64,000 nucleotides of DNA from Porticoccaceae bacterium (GTDB taxonomy: Bacteria; Pseudomonadota; Gammaproteobacteria; Pseudomonadales; Porticoccaceae): positions 1,546-65,545 of the forward strand of contig JBNAAJ010000005.1 of the NCBI GenBank assembly GCA_049631145.1, written 5' to 3'. The notes beneath the pieces are model-generated. The model was not told the origin of the DNA and ran no database searches. It worked only from the letters and a program-made list of their open reading frames with translations. The position numbers were made by a program, and so were the translations under genes. Shown in pieces: positions 1-9,231 of this stretch (position 1 is its first letter; each line of letters starts with the position of its first letter).

Positions 1-101
1 AACCTGATTGCGCTGGCTTTTGCTGAACAGTATTTCACCGCTAGTGGCTTTCATGCAATGTTCTCTGCTAATTAATTACAGTTGATCGCTAATTTATCAT
101 T

Positions 102-119
102 TGATATAAAGATATATCA
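102..119. promoter_or_regulatory. Inverted repeat TGATATA-N4-TATATCA, candidate transcription-factor operator upstream of the catabolic cluster
   Basis: Perfect 7-bp arms at 102-108 and 113-119 in AT-rich non-coding DNA; cognate regulator not in window. Confidence 0.4.
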
Positions 120-390
120 TTCGATGTTTTACGATCGATTGCCATTCTGACTAATTACCACTTTACAGGTCAATATTAGCGTAGAGAAGACCGAAGTGAT
201 CAAAAATAGCAGGATTGGTGACCAAAAGGGGTGTCATGATGCTTTACCCTAATCATCGGTACCGAGGCGGTGAAAGTGCAATTGACTGTGAGAGTCAGCA
301 GGCTGATTCTCACACCATGACGCTATTTTCTGTTGTTAGGCATCAGTGTTGTAACAGCCCCAGTCAAACTGGGTCAACGGGGGGGAATGT

Positions 391-1590
391 ATGAATCAAG
401 CACTTGCCGGTGTTCGTATACTCGATTTGACTCATATGCTCTCTGGACCCTATGGCAGTATGATTCTTGCCGATTTAGGTGCCGAAACAATAAAAGTGGA
501 ACCCTGCCATGGCGAGGGTACGCGTAAGCTTCTAGCGTCAGATCCGAACAATTCCCTTGATGGTATGGGAGCTTATTTTATTACGCTTAATCGCAATAAA
601 AAGAGCGTGGCGGTTGATTTAAAAACACAGCGGGGTTTAGCTCTGTTTAAAAATCTGGTTACAAACGTTGATATTGTGATCAGTAATTTTGGTGCTGGTG
701 TCCCCGAGCGTCTGGGTATTGACCATGCCTCTCTAGCCGAAGTTAACCCGCGTATTATTACCTGTACTATTTCTGGTTTTGGCTCTGATGGTCCGGGCAG
801 TAAACGCCCCGCATTTGATCAAGTGGCTCAAGCTATGGGCGGCGGTATGTCCATCACGGGGCCCGATGCCAATAGTATGGTGCGCGCAGGTATTCCCATT
901 GGTGATTTAGGTGGCGGGATGTTTGGCGTGATGGGTATTTTAACGGCGCTTTATGAGCGCGAGCGCAGTGGTGTGGGCCAACATGTGGATATTTCCATGT
1001 TGGACTGTCAAATTTCAATGCTCAATTATATGGCCACAATGCATTTTCTCTCAGGCGAAGACCCTTATCCGATTGGCAATAGTCATTTTGTGCATGTGCC
1101 TTATAACACCTTTACCTGCTCGGATGGCTTTGTTGTCATTGCCGTGATTACCGACAATTTTTGGCAGAACCTCAAGCAGGTGGTTGATTGTCCTGAGTTT
1201 GATGACCCCAAATATGACACCCAACCTGGTCGTTGGCAGGATCAAAATCTGATCAATCAGCATTTGAATCGCCTATTAAGTGAAGATACCTGCGAGCACT
1301 GGTTGCGCCAATTACAAGCTAAGCGCATTCCCTGTGCGCCGGTTAATACTCTCAGTCAGGCGCTTGCTGATACTCAGGTGTTGCATCGCAATATGGTGGT
1401 AGATTTAAAGCACCCCAATGGTAAGGCCACCAAAGGCCCCGGTAATCCAATCAAATTATCCAGAAGTACTGATCAACCATTTACGCCGGCCCCCACACTC
1501 GGTCAGCATACCGATGAGGTAATGAGCCAATTATTAAATTTGAGCGTAAATCAAATAGACCAGCTAAAAAAGCAGGGGATTATCAAGTGA
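391..1590 (+). CDS. Class III CoA-transferase (CaiB/BaiF family)
   Basis: N-terminal LAGVRILDLT..LSGP, IKVEP, NRNKKS.AVDLK, NF..G..ERLG, active-site Asp in IGDLGGG, C-terminal APTLGQHT. Confidence 0.93.
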   Translation: MNQALAGVRILDLTHMLSGPYGSMILADLGAETIKVEPCHGEGTRKLLASDPNNSLDGMGAYFITLNRNKKSVAVDLKTQRGLALFKNLVTNVDIVISNFGAGVPERLGIDHASLAEVNPRIITCTISGFGSDGPGSKRPAFDQVAQAMGGGMSITGPDANSMVRAGIPIGDLGGGMFGVMGILTALYERERSGVGQHVDISMLDCQISMLNYMATMHFLSGEDPYPIGNSHFVHVPYNTFTCSDGFVVIAVITDNFWQNLKQVVDCPEFDDPKYDTQPGRWQDQNLINQHLNRLLSEDTCEHWLRQLQAKRIPCAPVNTLSQALADTQVLHRNMVVDLKHPNGKATKGPGNPIKLSRSTDQPFTPAPTLGQHTDEVMSQLLNLSVNQIDQLKKQGIIK

Positions 1591-2504
1591 TGTCAGAGGC
1601 TATTGTTATCACTGATGTGGGGCCGCGAGATGGCCTGCAAAATCAGCCGAAAATCCTTACGACAGAAGAGCGTTTGGCGCTGATTCGGGCTATTGCTGAA
1701 GCCGGTGTTCCACAAATCGAAGTGGGGAGTTTCGTCTCTCCAAAAGCTGTTCCTGCCATGGCTGGTACCGATCAAATTTATTCCCATCTCAAGCGTGAGG
1801 GCTTTGCAACTCCCAGTATCGCACTTATCCCTAATATGAAAGGTTATGAGCTAGCTTTAGCGGCTGGCGCTAAGACGGTGACTATGGTGCTGTACGCCAG
1901 TGATGGCATGGCACAGAAAAATGTCGCTATGAGTATGGCAGAGGCTGAGCAGGTAACGATAGAAATCTTAAAGCTGGCAAAACAAGATGGCATTAAGGTC
2001 ATTGCTACCATTGCGGTGGCGTTTGCCTGCCCTTTTGATGGCGCTACCGATCCTGCGGTGTCAGAGCGCGTGGTGGATAGATTTATTAATACCGGTGCAG
2101 ATCAGGTGGTTCTTGCTGACACTATTGGTGCCGCTGACCCTCAGCAGGTTAGAGCACTAACTGCTTCTTTGGTTGAGCAGCATGGCGCTGAAAAGCTTGG
2201 TTGTCATTTTCATGATACTCGCGCGATGGGCTTGGCTAATGTATTTGCTGCTGTGGAGTCTGGTATTCGACGTTTTGACAGCTCTATCGCTGGATTGGGT
2301 GGCTGTCCCTTTGCGCCAGGCGCGTCCGGTAATGTGGCAACCGATGATATTGCCATGATGTTGCAGCAGATGGGTTTTAAAACGGGTATCGATTTACCGA
2401 AATTATTGCAGGCATCTGATTTGGCGCAGAGATTAACGGGGACAGCGCCAGGCGGTCGAGCTAAGGCTTGGTTGCAAGGTCATTTGACTAAGCAGGCGAG
2501 TTGA
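1587..2504 (+). CDS. HMG-CoA lyase family (DRE-TIM) acyl-CoA lyase
   Basis: DVGPRDGLQN, HFHDTR metal ligands, GLGGCPFAPGASGN; start (GTG 1587 or ATG 1590) overlaps upstream stop. Confidence 0.92.
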   Translation: MMSEAIVITDVGPRDGLQNQPKILTTEERLALIRAIAEAGVPQIEVGSFVSPKAVPAMAGTDQIYSHLKREGFATPSIALIPNMKGYELALAAGAKTVTMVLYASDGMAQKNVAMSMAEAEQVTIEILKLAKQDGIKVIATIAVAFACPFDGATDPAVSERVVDRFINTGADQVVLADTIGAADPQQVRALTASLVEQHGAEKLGCHFHDTRAMGLANVFAAVESGIRRFDSSIAGLGGCPFAPGASGNVATDDIAMMLQQMGFKTGIDLPKLLQASDLAQRLTGTAPGGRAKAWLQGHLTKQAS

Positions 2505-2562
2505 GTAAGTTTTAATAAAACAGCGTTAAAAAAATAAATATAAGTATGAGGCTGGAATAATA

Positions 2563-4632
2563 ATGAGCTACAGATTAGGAGTAGATGTAGGGGGCACCTT
2601 CACAGACCTTCTACTGATAGATGAAGATTCAGGGGCAACCCATACCGCTAAAGTGCCATCCACACCAGAGGATTCCTCTGTCGGTGTACTCAATGGTATC
2701 GCAAGGATCTGTGATGAGTCCGGTGTCAATCCTGCCGATGTGAATCGAGTCATGCACGGCACCACAGTTGCCACAAACGCAGTGCTGACGGGTCGAGGGG
2801 CCAAGGTTGGATTGGTGACTACTGCAGGGTATGAGGACACATTGCAAGTTGCGAGGTCATTCTGCCCCGGCGGTCTCGGCGGTTGGGTCAGCTTCGTCAA
2901 AAAGCCTTTGTTAGCGCCGCTTGAATTGACTATCGGTGCTTGTGAACGCATTGGTGCTGATGGTGAAGTGGTTTCTGAATTGGACGAAGATCAGTTGCGC
3001 AAGGACCTCAAATCATTGCATGCGACGGGTGAAGTTGAAGCATTAACCATCTGCTTTATTAATGCTTACCTGAATGGTGTGCATGAGAGACGTGCTGGTG
3101 AAATAGCGGCTGAAATTTTTATTGATACGCCGATTTCTATTTCCAGTGATGTGGTACCAGAAATGCAGGAATATGAGCGCACTGAGACAACAGTAGTGAA
3201 CTCTTATGTGCGTCCGGAAGTTGCGAATTACGTCAGCAACCTGCAAGCGGCACTCGACGACAAAATGGGGTCGGATACACAGTTATCCATTTTGCGGTCT
3301 GATGGCGGTTTGGCATCAGCGAGAGCCTCAGCTGAATCGCCAGTCAATATGCTGATGTCAGGTCCTGCCGGAGGCGTATCTGGAGCTATTTATTTCTGTA
3401 GCCGCGCTGGCTACGACAATATTTTAACCTGCGATATGGGTGGTACCTCCACTGATGTTGCACTGATCCAAAATTCCCGCGCGCGAGTGCGCCGTGAAAC
3501 TATCGTTGCTGATGTGCGTGTTCGGGCGCCCTCCGTGGATGTGCGTACGGTCGGTGCTGGTGGTGGCTCTATTGCCTTTGTGCCGGAGTTAACCAAAGCG
3601 TTGCGGGTGGGGCCGGAGTCTGCCGGTGCGGTTCCCGGCCCAGCTTGTTATATGAAAGGCGGTGAGCAACCAACAGTATGCGATGCCAATGTGGTGCTGG
3701 GATATCTTCCCTCTGATGTGCAACTGGGCGGTGCAATGGAAATTAATCGTGAAGCGTCTGTGGCTGCCGTGCAGTCGATAGCGGGCGCTATGGGTATCGA
3801 GTTGATGGCCGCCGCTGAAGGGATCATCAAAATTGTTAATGAATCGATGTTTGGCGCCCTGCGGTTAGTGTCTGTTGAGCAGGGCTACGATCCCCGAGAT
3901 TTTGCTCTGGTGGGTTTCGGTGGCGCAGGACCTCTGCATGCTAATGCACTGGGTATCTTGACTGAGGCTTGGCCGGTGATTATTCCGCCTGGGCCCGGCG
4001 TACTCTGTGCTTACGGTGATGCAACAACGCAGGTTCAGGATGAGGCCGCGCGTACTTATCTGACCATGGCTAGCGATCTTACGGATGCCCAGTTGACGCA
4101 AGATCTTCATGAATTACGAGCTCGAGCCGGAGAGGCTTTACTGACCGACAATATCCCTGAAAGCGAACATGAAATTGCTTATCAAGCGGACCTGCGTTAT
4201 GCCGGTCAAGCCTTCCAAATTACGATTGACTTTACCGAAGACGAGCTCAAACAGAACGGTGTTGCTTTACTCACTGATCAATTTGACGGTGAGCATGAGC
4301 AATTGTTTACTTTTAAGCTCGATGATGGCCATGAAATATTGATGATTCGTGCTGTGGCGAAAGCCAAGGCCAAGGCGATTGCTGAACGCAAGGTCGGCGA
4401 GACAGGTATGAGCTTGCAACAATGTGAAATCGCGCCGAGCCGATTCTATTATGAAGGCGATTGGCACGATGCCATTATCTACGATCGCAATAAACTCAAT
4501 CCGGGCCTACAGGTTCTCGGGCCCGCTATTGTCAGTGAAATGGACTCTACCACAGTGGTGCTTCCAGGCTATGTCGCAGAGGTAGATGCAGTCGGCAACC
4601 TTCTTATCAATCCAGCTAATGGGGGGCAATAA
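2563..4632 (+). CDS. Hydantoinase/5-oxoprolinase subunit A (ATP-binding; N-methylhydantoinase A family)
   Basis: DVGGTFTD, HGTTVATN, SGPAGG, DMGGTSTD, GAGGGS, GPESAGAVPGPACY, FGGAG motifs. Confidence 0.93.
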   Translation: MSYRLGVDVGGTFTDLLLIDEDSGATHTAKVPSTPEDSSVGVLNGIARICDESGVNPADVNRVMHGTTVATNAVLTGRGAKVGLVTTAGYEDTLQVARSFCPGGLGGWVSFVKKPLLAPLELTIGACERIGADGEVVSELDEDQLRKDLKSLHATGEVEALTICFINAYLNGVHERRAGEIAAEIFIDTPISISSDVVPEMQEYERTETTVVNSYVRPEVANYVSNLQAALDDKMGSDTQLSILRSDGGLASARASAESPVNMLMSGPAGGVSGAIYFCSRAGYDNILTCDMGGTSTDVALIQNSRARVRRETIVADVRVRAPSVDVRTVGAGGGSIAFVPELTKALRVGPESAGAVPGPACYMKGGEQPTVCDANVVLGYLPSDVQLGGAMEINREASVAAVQSIAGAMGIELMAAAEGIIKIVNESMFGALRLVSVEQGYDPRDFALVGFGGAGPLHANALGILTEAWPVIIPPGPGVLCAYGDATTQVQDEAARTYLTMASDLTDAQLTQDLHELRARAGEALLTDNIPESEHEIAYQADLRYAGQAFQITIDFTEDELKQNGVALLTDQFDGEHEQLFTFKLDDGHEILMIRAVAKAKAKAIAERKVGETGMSLQQCEIAPSRFYYEGDWHDAIIYDRNKLNPGLQVLGPAIVSEMDSTTVVLPGYVAEVDAVGNLLINPANGGQ

Positions 4633-4633
4633 A

Positions 4634-6514
4634 ATGGCTGCAAGATTATTAGAAATCAATAAAACCCCGCTCAAGCATATCGATGTGGACGGTGTCACCG
4701 TTGATATCATTGAAAACGCGTTGCGAAACGCACGAGAAGAAATGGACGCCGTGCTGTTTCGTACCGCGATGTCTCCGGGTATTCGAGAACAGGGCGACTG
4801 CTTCCCGATGATTGCCAATAGAGAAGGCAAGATGGTGGTGGGCCAGTTCGGTTCGTTTATCGGCCCATTCCTGGATGCTTACAATGAAGAGATCGAAGAA
4901 GGGGATATCATCCTCACTAATGATCCCTATATGTGTAATGCGGCGGTATCTCATTTACCTGATTGGGTGGTGCTAGTACCTGTGTTCAAGGATGGTCGAC
5001 ATATTGCCTGGTCGGCTATGTTTGGACATATGTCCGATAACGGCGGAATGGTGCCCGGCTCTATCCCCATCGAGGCTACGACTATTTTCCAAGAGGGTAT
5101 TCGGATCCCACCAACCAAGCTGTATAAAAAAGGCGTGTTGCAGTCCGACCTACTTGAGTTGATTTTACATAATGTGCGGACACCGCAGTGGAATCGGTTT
5201 GACTTAAATGCATTGGTTGCTGCTTGTAATACGGCGGCAAAGCGCTGTGTAGAGTTGGCTGACCGTTTTGGTGATGATGTTTTGTTTTCGACCATGGATA
5301 TTATGCTGCAGCGCAATCATGATGCGATGAAACATATTATCGGCATGTTTATCCCAGAGGAGCCTCGCGAGTTTGAGGACTATATCTGTGATGATGGCAT
5401 GGGAATGGGCCCTTATAAGATTAAGTGCGCTATGTGGCGTGAGGGTGAAAAAGCCATTTTTGATTTCGCTGGTACTGACCCACAGGCACAGAGTTCAGTG
5501 AACTTCTTCCTCAACGAAGATATGTTCAAAATGTTCTTTGGTTCCTTCACCATTAATGTGGTAGACCCACAAATTGTATTTAACGATGGGTTTTATGATT
5601 TGGTCGATGTGCGCATACCTCAGGGCACATTATTAAAACCCAATTACCCAGCAGCGCTGTCGGGTAGAACTCATGCGTTGGGTCGTATCTTTGATGTACT
5701 GGGAGCGTTACTGGGTATGGGTGCGCCAGAGATGATGCTGAATGCGGCGGGTTTTTCTGATTCACCGCATCTATTTTTCTCTGGCTACGATACTCGTCCA
5801 GAGAAAAATGGAGAATGGTTCCAGCTATTTCAGATTGGCTTTGGTGGAGTCCCCGGTCGGCCGGTGGGGGATGGCCCTGATGGTCACAGCCTATGGCCCG
5901 GGTTTACCAATGTGCCCAACGAGTTTATCGAGTCTTATTTTCCATTACGCATCGAGCGCTACGAAACCATTCCCGATTCTGGTGGGGCGGGACTCCATCG
6001 AGGAGGTAATGGTTTAAGTGTTGCCTATCGATTCCTTTGTGATGGTGATATCGGGATTCATGATGAGCGCTGGCTGACCTACCCATGGGGCGTTCTTGGT
6101 GGTGAGACTGGCTTGCGTTCTACTAAACGTCTGGTGCGTGTCGATGGTTCCGAAGAGTGGTTGCCGGCTAAGGCTGAGGGTATCAAAGTCAAAGCGGGTG
6201 ATATGTTGTACTTCAACACCTGGGGTGGTGGAGGTTGGGGTGACCCATTGACTAGAGACCCTGACTTGGTACGCCAAGATATCGATCGGCGATTGGTGAC
6301 TGTTGATGGGGCAAAACGTTATGGCGTCATAATGGCTGCGGATGGGACTGTGGATATGAGTGCGACAGAGGAATTGCGCGCTGTACTAAAAGCCAATAGA
6401 GGTGAGCCAGCGCTATTTAATTTTGGTGGTGATATAGAAGATATTCGCAGCCGTTGTGAAGCGGATACGCATCTTCCAGCGCCGGTTAAGCCGACGTTTA
6501 TTGGTGCGACTTAG
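4634..6514 (+). CDS. Hydantoinase/5-oxoprolinase subunit B
   Basis: RTAMSPGIRE..D, NDPY...HLPD, HMSDNGG.VPGS, IFQEG.RIPP, DSGGAG.HRGG, GGGGWGDP; ATG at 4634 directly after the subunit A stop. Confidence 0.92.
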   Translation: MAARLLEINKTPLKHIDVDGVTVDIIENALRNAREEMDAVLFRTAMSPGIREQGDCFPMIANREGKMVVGQFGSFIGPFLDAYNEEIEEGDIILTNDPYMCNAAVSHLPDWVVLVPVFKDGRHIAWSAMFGHMSDNGGMVPGSIPIEATTIFQEGIRIPPTKLYKKGVLQSDLLELILHNVRTPQWNRFDLNALVAACNTAAKRCVELADRFGDDVLFSTMDIMLQRNHDAMKHIIGMFIPEEPREFEDYICDDGMGMGPYKIKCAMWREGEKAIFDFAGTDPQAQSSVNFFLNEDMFKMFFGSFTINVVDPQIVFNDGFYDLVDVRIPQGTLLKPNYPAALSGRTHALGRIFDVLGALLGMGAPEMMLNAAGFSDSPHLFFSGYDTRPEKNGEWFQLFQIGFGGVPGRPVGDGPDGHSLWPGFTNVPNEFIESYFPLRIERYETIPDSGGAGLHRGGNGLSVAYRFLCDGDIGIHDERWLTYPWGVLGGETGLRSTKRLVRVDGSEEWLPAKAEGIKVKAGDMLYFNTWGGGGWGDPLTRDPDLVRQDIDRRLVTVDGAKRYGVIMAADGTVDMSATEELRAVLKANRGEPALFNFGGDIEDIRSRCEADTHLPAPVKPTFIGAT

Positions 6515-6614
6515 ACAGTGCCGGTACTGGCAGTGAGTTAATAAGCAAAGGTAATTTATAAACACAGAAAAAGTTAAAAAAGCAGAAACGAAAAGATAGA
6601 TTAGGGGAAATACA

Positions 6615-9149
6615 ATGAAAATATTAACGACTAAAAATGTTATGTCGATGGCAATATTAGCCAGCATAGCCACAACATCAGTCGCTGAAATAGCCATTGA
6701 AGAAATCGTTGTCTCAGCGCGAAAGCGTGCGGAAAACCTGCAGGAAGTTCCTATTGCTGTTTCCGCGTTTACAGAAGCACAAATAGAGAGCGCCGGCATT
6801 CAGCGTCCAGGTGACTTTATTGCTCTTATGCCCAATGTCACGCTCGTTGACTCTGCCAATGTCGGTGATACTCAGGTCAGTATTCGCGGTATTGTTTCAA
6901 CACGCGATGCTGAGTCGACTTTTGCCTATGTGGTGGACGGGGTGCTTGTAACTAATCCTAACGGCTTTAATGAAGAGTTGATGGATGTTAATCAAATTGA
7001 GGTACTTAAAGGGCCTCAGGGCGCTCTTTACGGCCGCAACGCTGTGGCTGGTGCTATTCTGGTCACGACTAATCGTCCCGATGAAGAGTTTGAAGGCAAG
7101 ATGAAGGTAGGTGCGGGCAATAATGGCACCACAAATGCCAATCTCACCCTGAGTGGTGGATTGGGTGATGGGGTGCTGGGGCGATTGAGTGTCAGCCATC
7201 GCGAAACCGATGGGCATTACAGCAATGTTTTTACGGGCGCTGATTCTGTCGACTTCCTTGAAGATACCACAGTGCGTGGCCGCTTAATTATGGACGTCAA
7301 TGAAGAGCTTTCCGTCGATATTCGAGCCGGGATGAGCGAGGTCAGCGGTGGAGCGATTAACTTCAATGCGGTATTTGCTATTCCAGCTTTCGCTGCAGGC
7401 TACGGGCCGACGTTCTTTAAAGATGTTAATGAGCATGATTTTATCTTCTCAAATAACGTGCCCGGTGAAAATGAACAAGAGACTTCGGAGTTCTCTGTTA
7501 AGGCAGATTGGGATCGCGACGGCGTTGATATCAGTGCGATATTAAGTTACAGCGATCTGGAGGAATATCTTTTATCTGATGGAACCAGTGCAACCTTCTA
7601 CGGCTATGAAGTAACGGACGCCTGTCAGGCTGATCGTGCCACGTTAAATAACTTGCCAACCTCTATGAGTGGCGCTGGTCGCGACGATCTGTTTGGTAGC
7701 TTTTTCGGTCCCTTTGGTGTGTTTCCGGGTGCGGGTGGAGCAGATCCAGACTTTACTGGTATCTATGGGCCTTACACACCTACAGCCTGTGATGGATATC
7801 AATATCAAGAGAGAAATCAATCAGACACTAGCCTAGAAGTTCGTTTGACCTCTGATGATGATGCGGAGATCAGCTGGATTGCTGGTGTTTATGTTGCTGA
7901 TATCGAACGCGAGGTGGTTGTTGCCTACGGTGCCGATACAGGTAATGGCTTCCTGCGTCAGCCCTATGTCGATCCAACTGGTCCCAACCCAACTGATTTA
8001 ATGTTCGATGATAAGTTTGATACCTCGGTAATGGCAGTTTTTGGTCAAGTTGAATTTGATCTCAATGATGAGATGGAGCTAGCCTTGGCCGCCCGCTATG
8101 ATCGTGAAGAGCGCGATGTGAGTAATCAGGTACCTAATGTGGGGGCGTCGGGTTTAAGTGTTAATGCCCTAACTGCGCCGATTAATCCAGCGCTGGGCGC
8201 AAACCCTGATGGGGTGCCTGATCGAAGTGCAACCTATAGCCATTTCCAGCCTAAGGTAACCTGGAGCTGGAATGCAGCTGAAGATATTAATATTTATGCT
8301 AGCTGGGGTGTTGGCTTCCGTAGCGGTGGCTTTAACTCAGTAGGCAGTGCTGCATTATTGGATCTTTGGTACGGCGATACTTGCCCAAGCTTTGTTCCCT
8401 CTTGTGGAGATCCAGGAGTGGCAGTCGATGCTAACCTAGGCGTAAGCGATGAATACGAGAAAGAAGTGTCTACTAGTTTTGAGTTGGGTAGCAAAATGGA
8501 GTTTATGGATAACCGGCTACGTATTAACGCGTCGGTATTCCAGACTGATGTTGAAGATAACCAATTCTTTGAATTTTTCGCCGGTCCCTTTGGTTTGATG
8601 AGAGTGGTAACCACCATTGATGATCTTGAAATTAGAGGTTTTGAAATGGACTTTAATGCTGTGGTCTCGGAAAACCTATCGCTATTTGGTGGTTTAGGTA
8701 TCCTCGATAGTGAGATCGTCCGCAATGATCATCGTCCGCTATCAGAGGGTAATGAAGCACCACAGGCGCCCGATCGCACCTATAACCTCGGTGCGCAGTT
8801 TGAGATGGCCGTCAGCAATGGTATTGAGATGACCGCTCGCCTTGATTGGCAGCATGTTGGTGAGATGGCATTCCATACCTTGCAAGGTGAGGCTACCCCG
8901 ACAATCTGGCAGATCTTTAATGGGTCAGGATTGACGCAGGATATGAGTAAGGCCAAACGTGATGCCTACGATACACTTAACGCCCGTATTGCTTTTGATG
9001 CTGAAAACTGGGGCGTGACCATTTGGGGGCGCAATATCACCGACGAGCATTACTTGGAAGAAGTGATTCCAGCGCCGGAGTTTGGTGGATCATTTATCCA
9101 TCCAGGGGCTAAAGATTCTTACGGTATAGACTTTAACTATCGCTTCTAA
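6615..9149 (+). CDS. TonB-dependent outer-membrane receptor
   Basis: Signal peptide, TonB-box-like EEIVVSARKR, plug motif IEVLKGPQGALYGRNAVAGAI, GFRSGGFN, C-terminal YRF. Confidence 0.95.
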   Translation: MKILTTKNVMSMAILASIATTSVAEIAIEEIVVSARKRAENLQEVPIAVSAFTEAQIESAGIQRPGDFIALMPNVTLVDSANVGDTQVSIRGIVSTRDAESTFAYVVDGVLVTNPNGFNEELMDVNQIEVLKGPQGALYGRNAVAGAILVTTNRPDEEFEGKMKVGAGNNGTTNANLTLSGGLGDGVLGRLSVSHRETDGHYSNVFTGADSVDFLEDTTVRGRLIMDVNEELSVDIRAGMSEVSGGAINFNAVFAIPAFAAGYGPTFFKDVNEHDFIFSNNVPGENEQETSEFSVKADWDRDGVDISAILSYSDLEEYLLSDGTSATFYGYEVTDACQADRATLNNLPTSMSGAGRDDLFGSFFGPFGVFPGAGGADPDFTGIYGPYTPTACDGYQYQERNQSDTSLEVRLTSDDDAEISWIAGVYVADIEREVVVAYGADTGNGFLRQPYVDPTGPNPTDLMFDDKFDTSVMAVFGQVEFDLNDEMELALAARYDREERDVSNQVPNVGASGLSVNALTAPINPALGANPDGVPDRSATYSHFQPKVTWSWNAAEDINIYASWGVGFRSGGFNSVGSAALLDLWYGDTCPSFVPSCGDPGVAVDANLGVSDEYEKEVSTSFELGSKMEFMDNRLRINASVFQTDVEDNQFFEFFAGPFGLMRVVTTIDDLEIRGFEMDFNAVVSENLSLFGGLGILDSEIVRNDHRPLSEGNEAPQAPDRTYNLGAQFEMAVSNGIEMTARLDWQHVGEMAFHTLQGEATPTIWQIFNGSGLTQDMSKAKRDAYDTLNARIAFDAENWGVTIWGRNITDEHYLEEVIPAPEFGGSFIHPGAKDSYGIDFNYRF

Positions 9150-9166
9150 GATCCAGCTAGTACTAT

Positions 9167-9208
9167 AAACAGCGGGCTGTGCTTGTAAAAAAGTGCGGTC
9201 CGCTGTTT
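9167..9208 (+). terminator. Long stem-loop after the TonB-dependent receptor (terminator or mRNA-stabilising hairpin)
   Basis: AAACAGCGGG...TCCGCTGTTT outer stem with an inner CTGTGCTT/AAGTGCGG stem, ending in a T run. Confidence 0.6.
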
Positions 9209-9231
9209 TAGTTTATGCATGGGACTTACTT

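Noticed and set aside
1-75. Possible gene fragment at the left edge: - strand start at 54 (MKATSGEILFSKSQRNQV) or + strand end at 75 (NLIALAFAEQYFTASGFHAMFSAN*)
   Set aside because: Both readings are open and too short to assign, so neither is reported as a feature
183-302. Fragments resembling glycine riboswitch (GAGA..CCGAAG..CAGG) or cobalamin riboswitch (GGTGAAA..ACTGT..GAGTCAG) motifs
   Set aside because: Required elements are missing (P2 stem and CUCU/CUUU before CAGG; GGGAA and CCC kissing-loop elements); kept only as an unassigned structured leader
379-385. G7 tract before the first ATG (and G6 at 4621-4626) as phase-variation sites
   Set aside because: Short tracts that are explained as Shine-Dalgarno sequences
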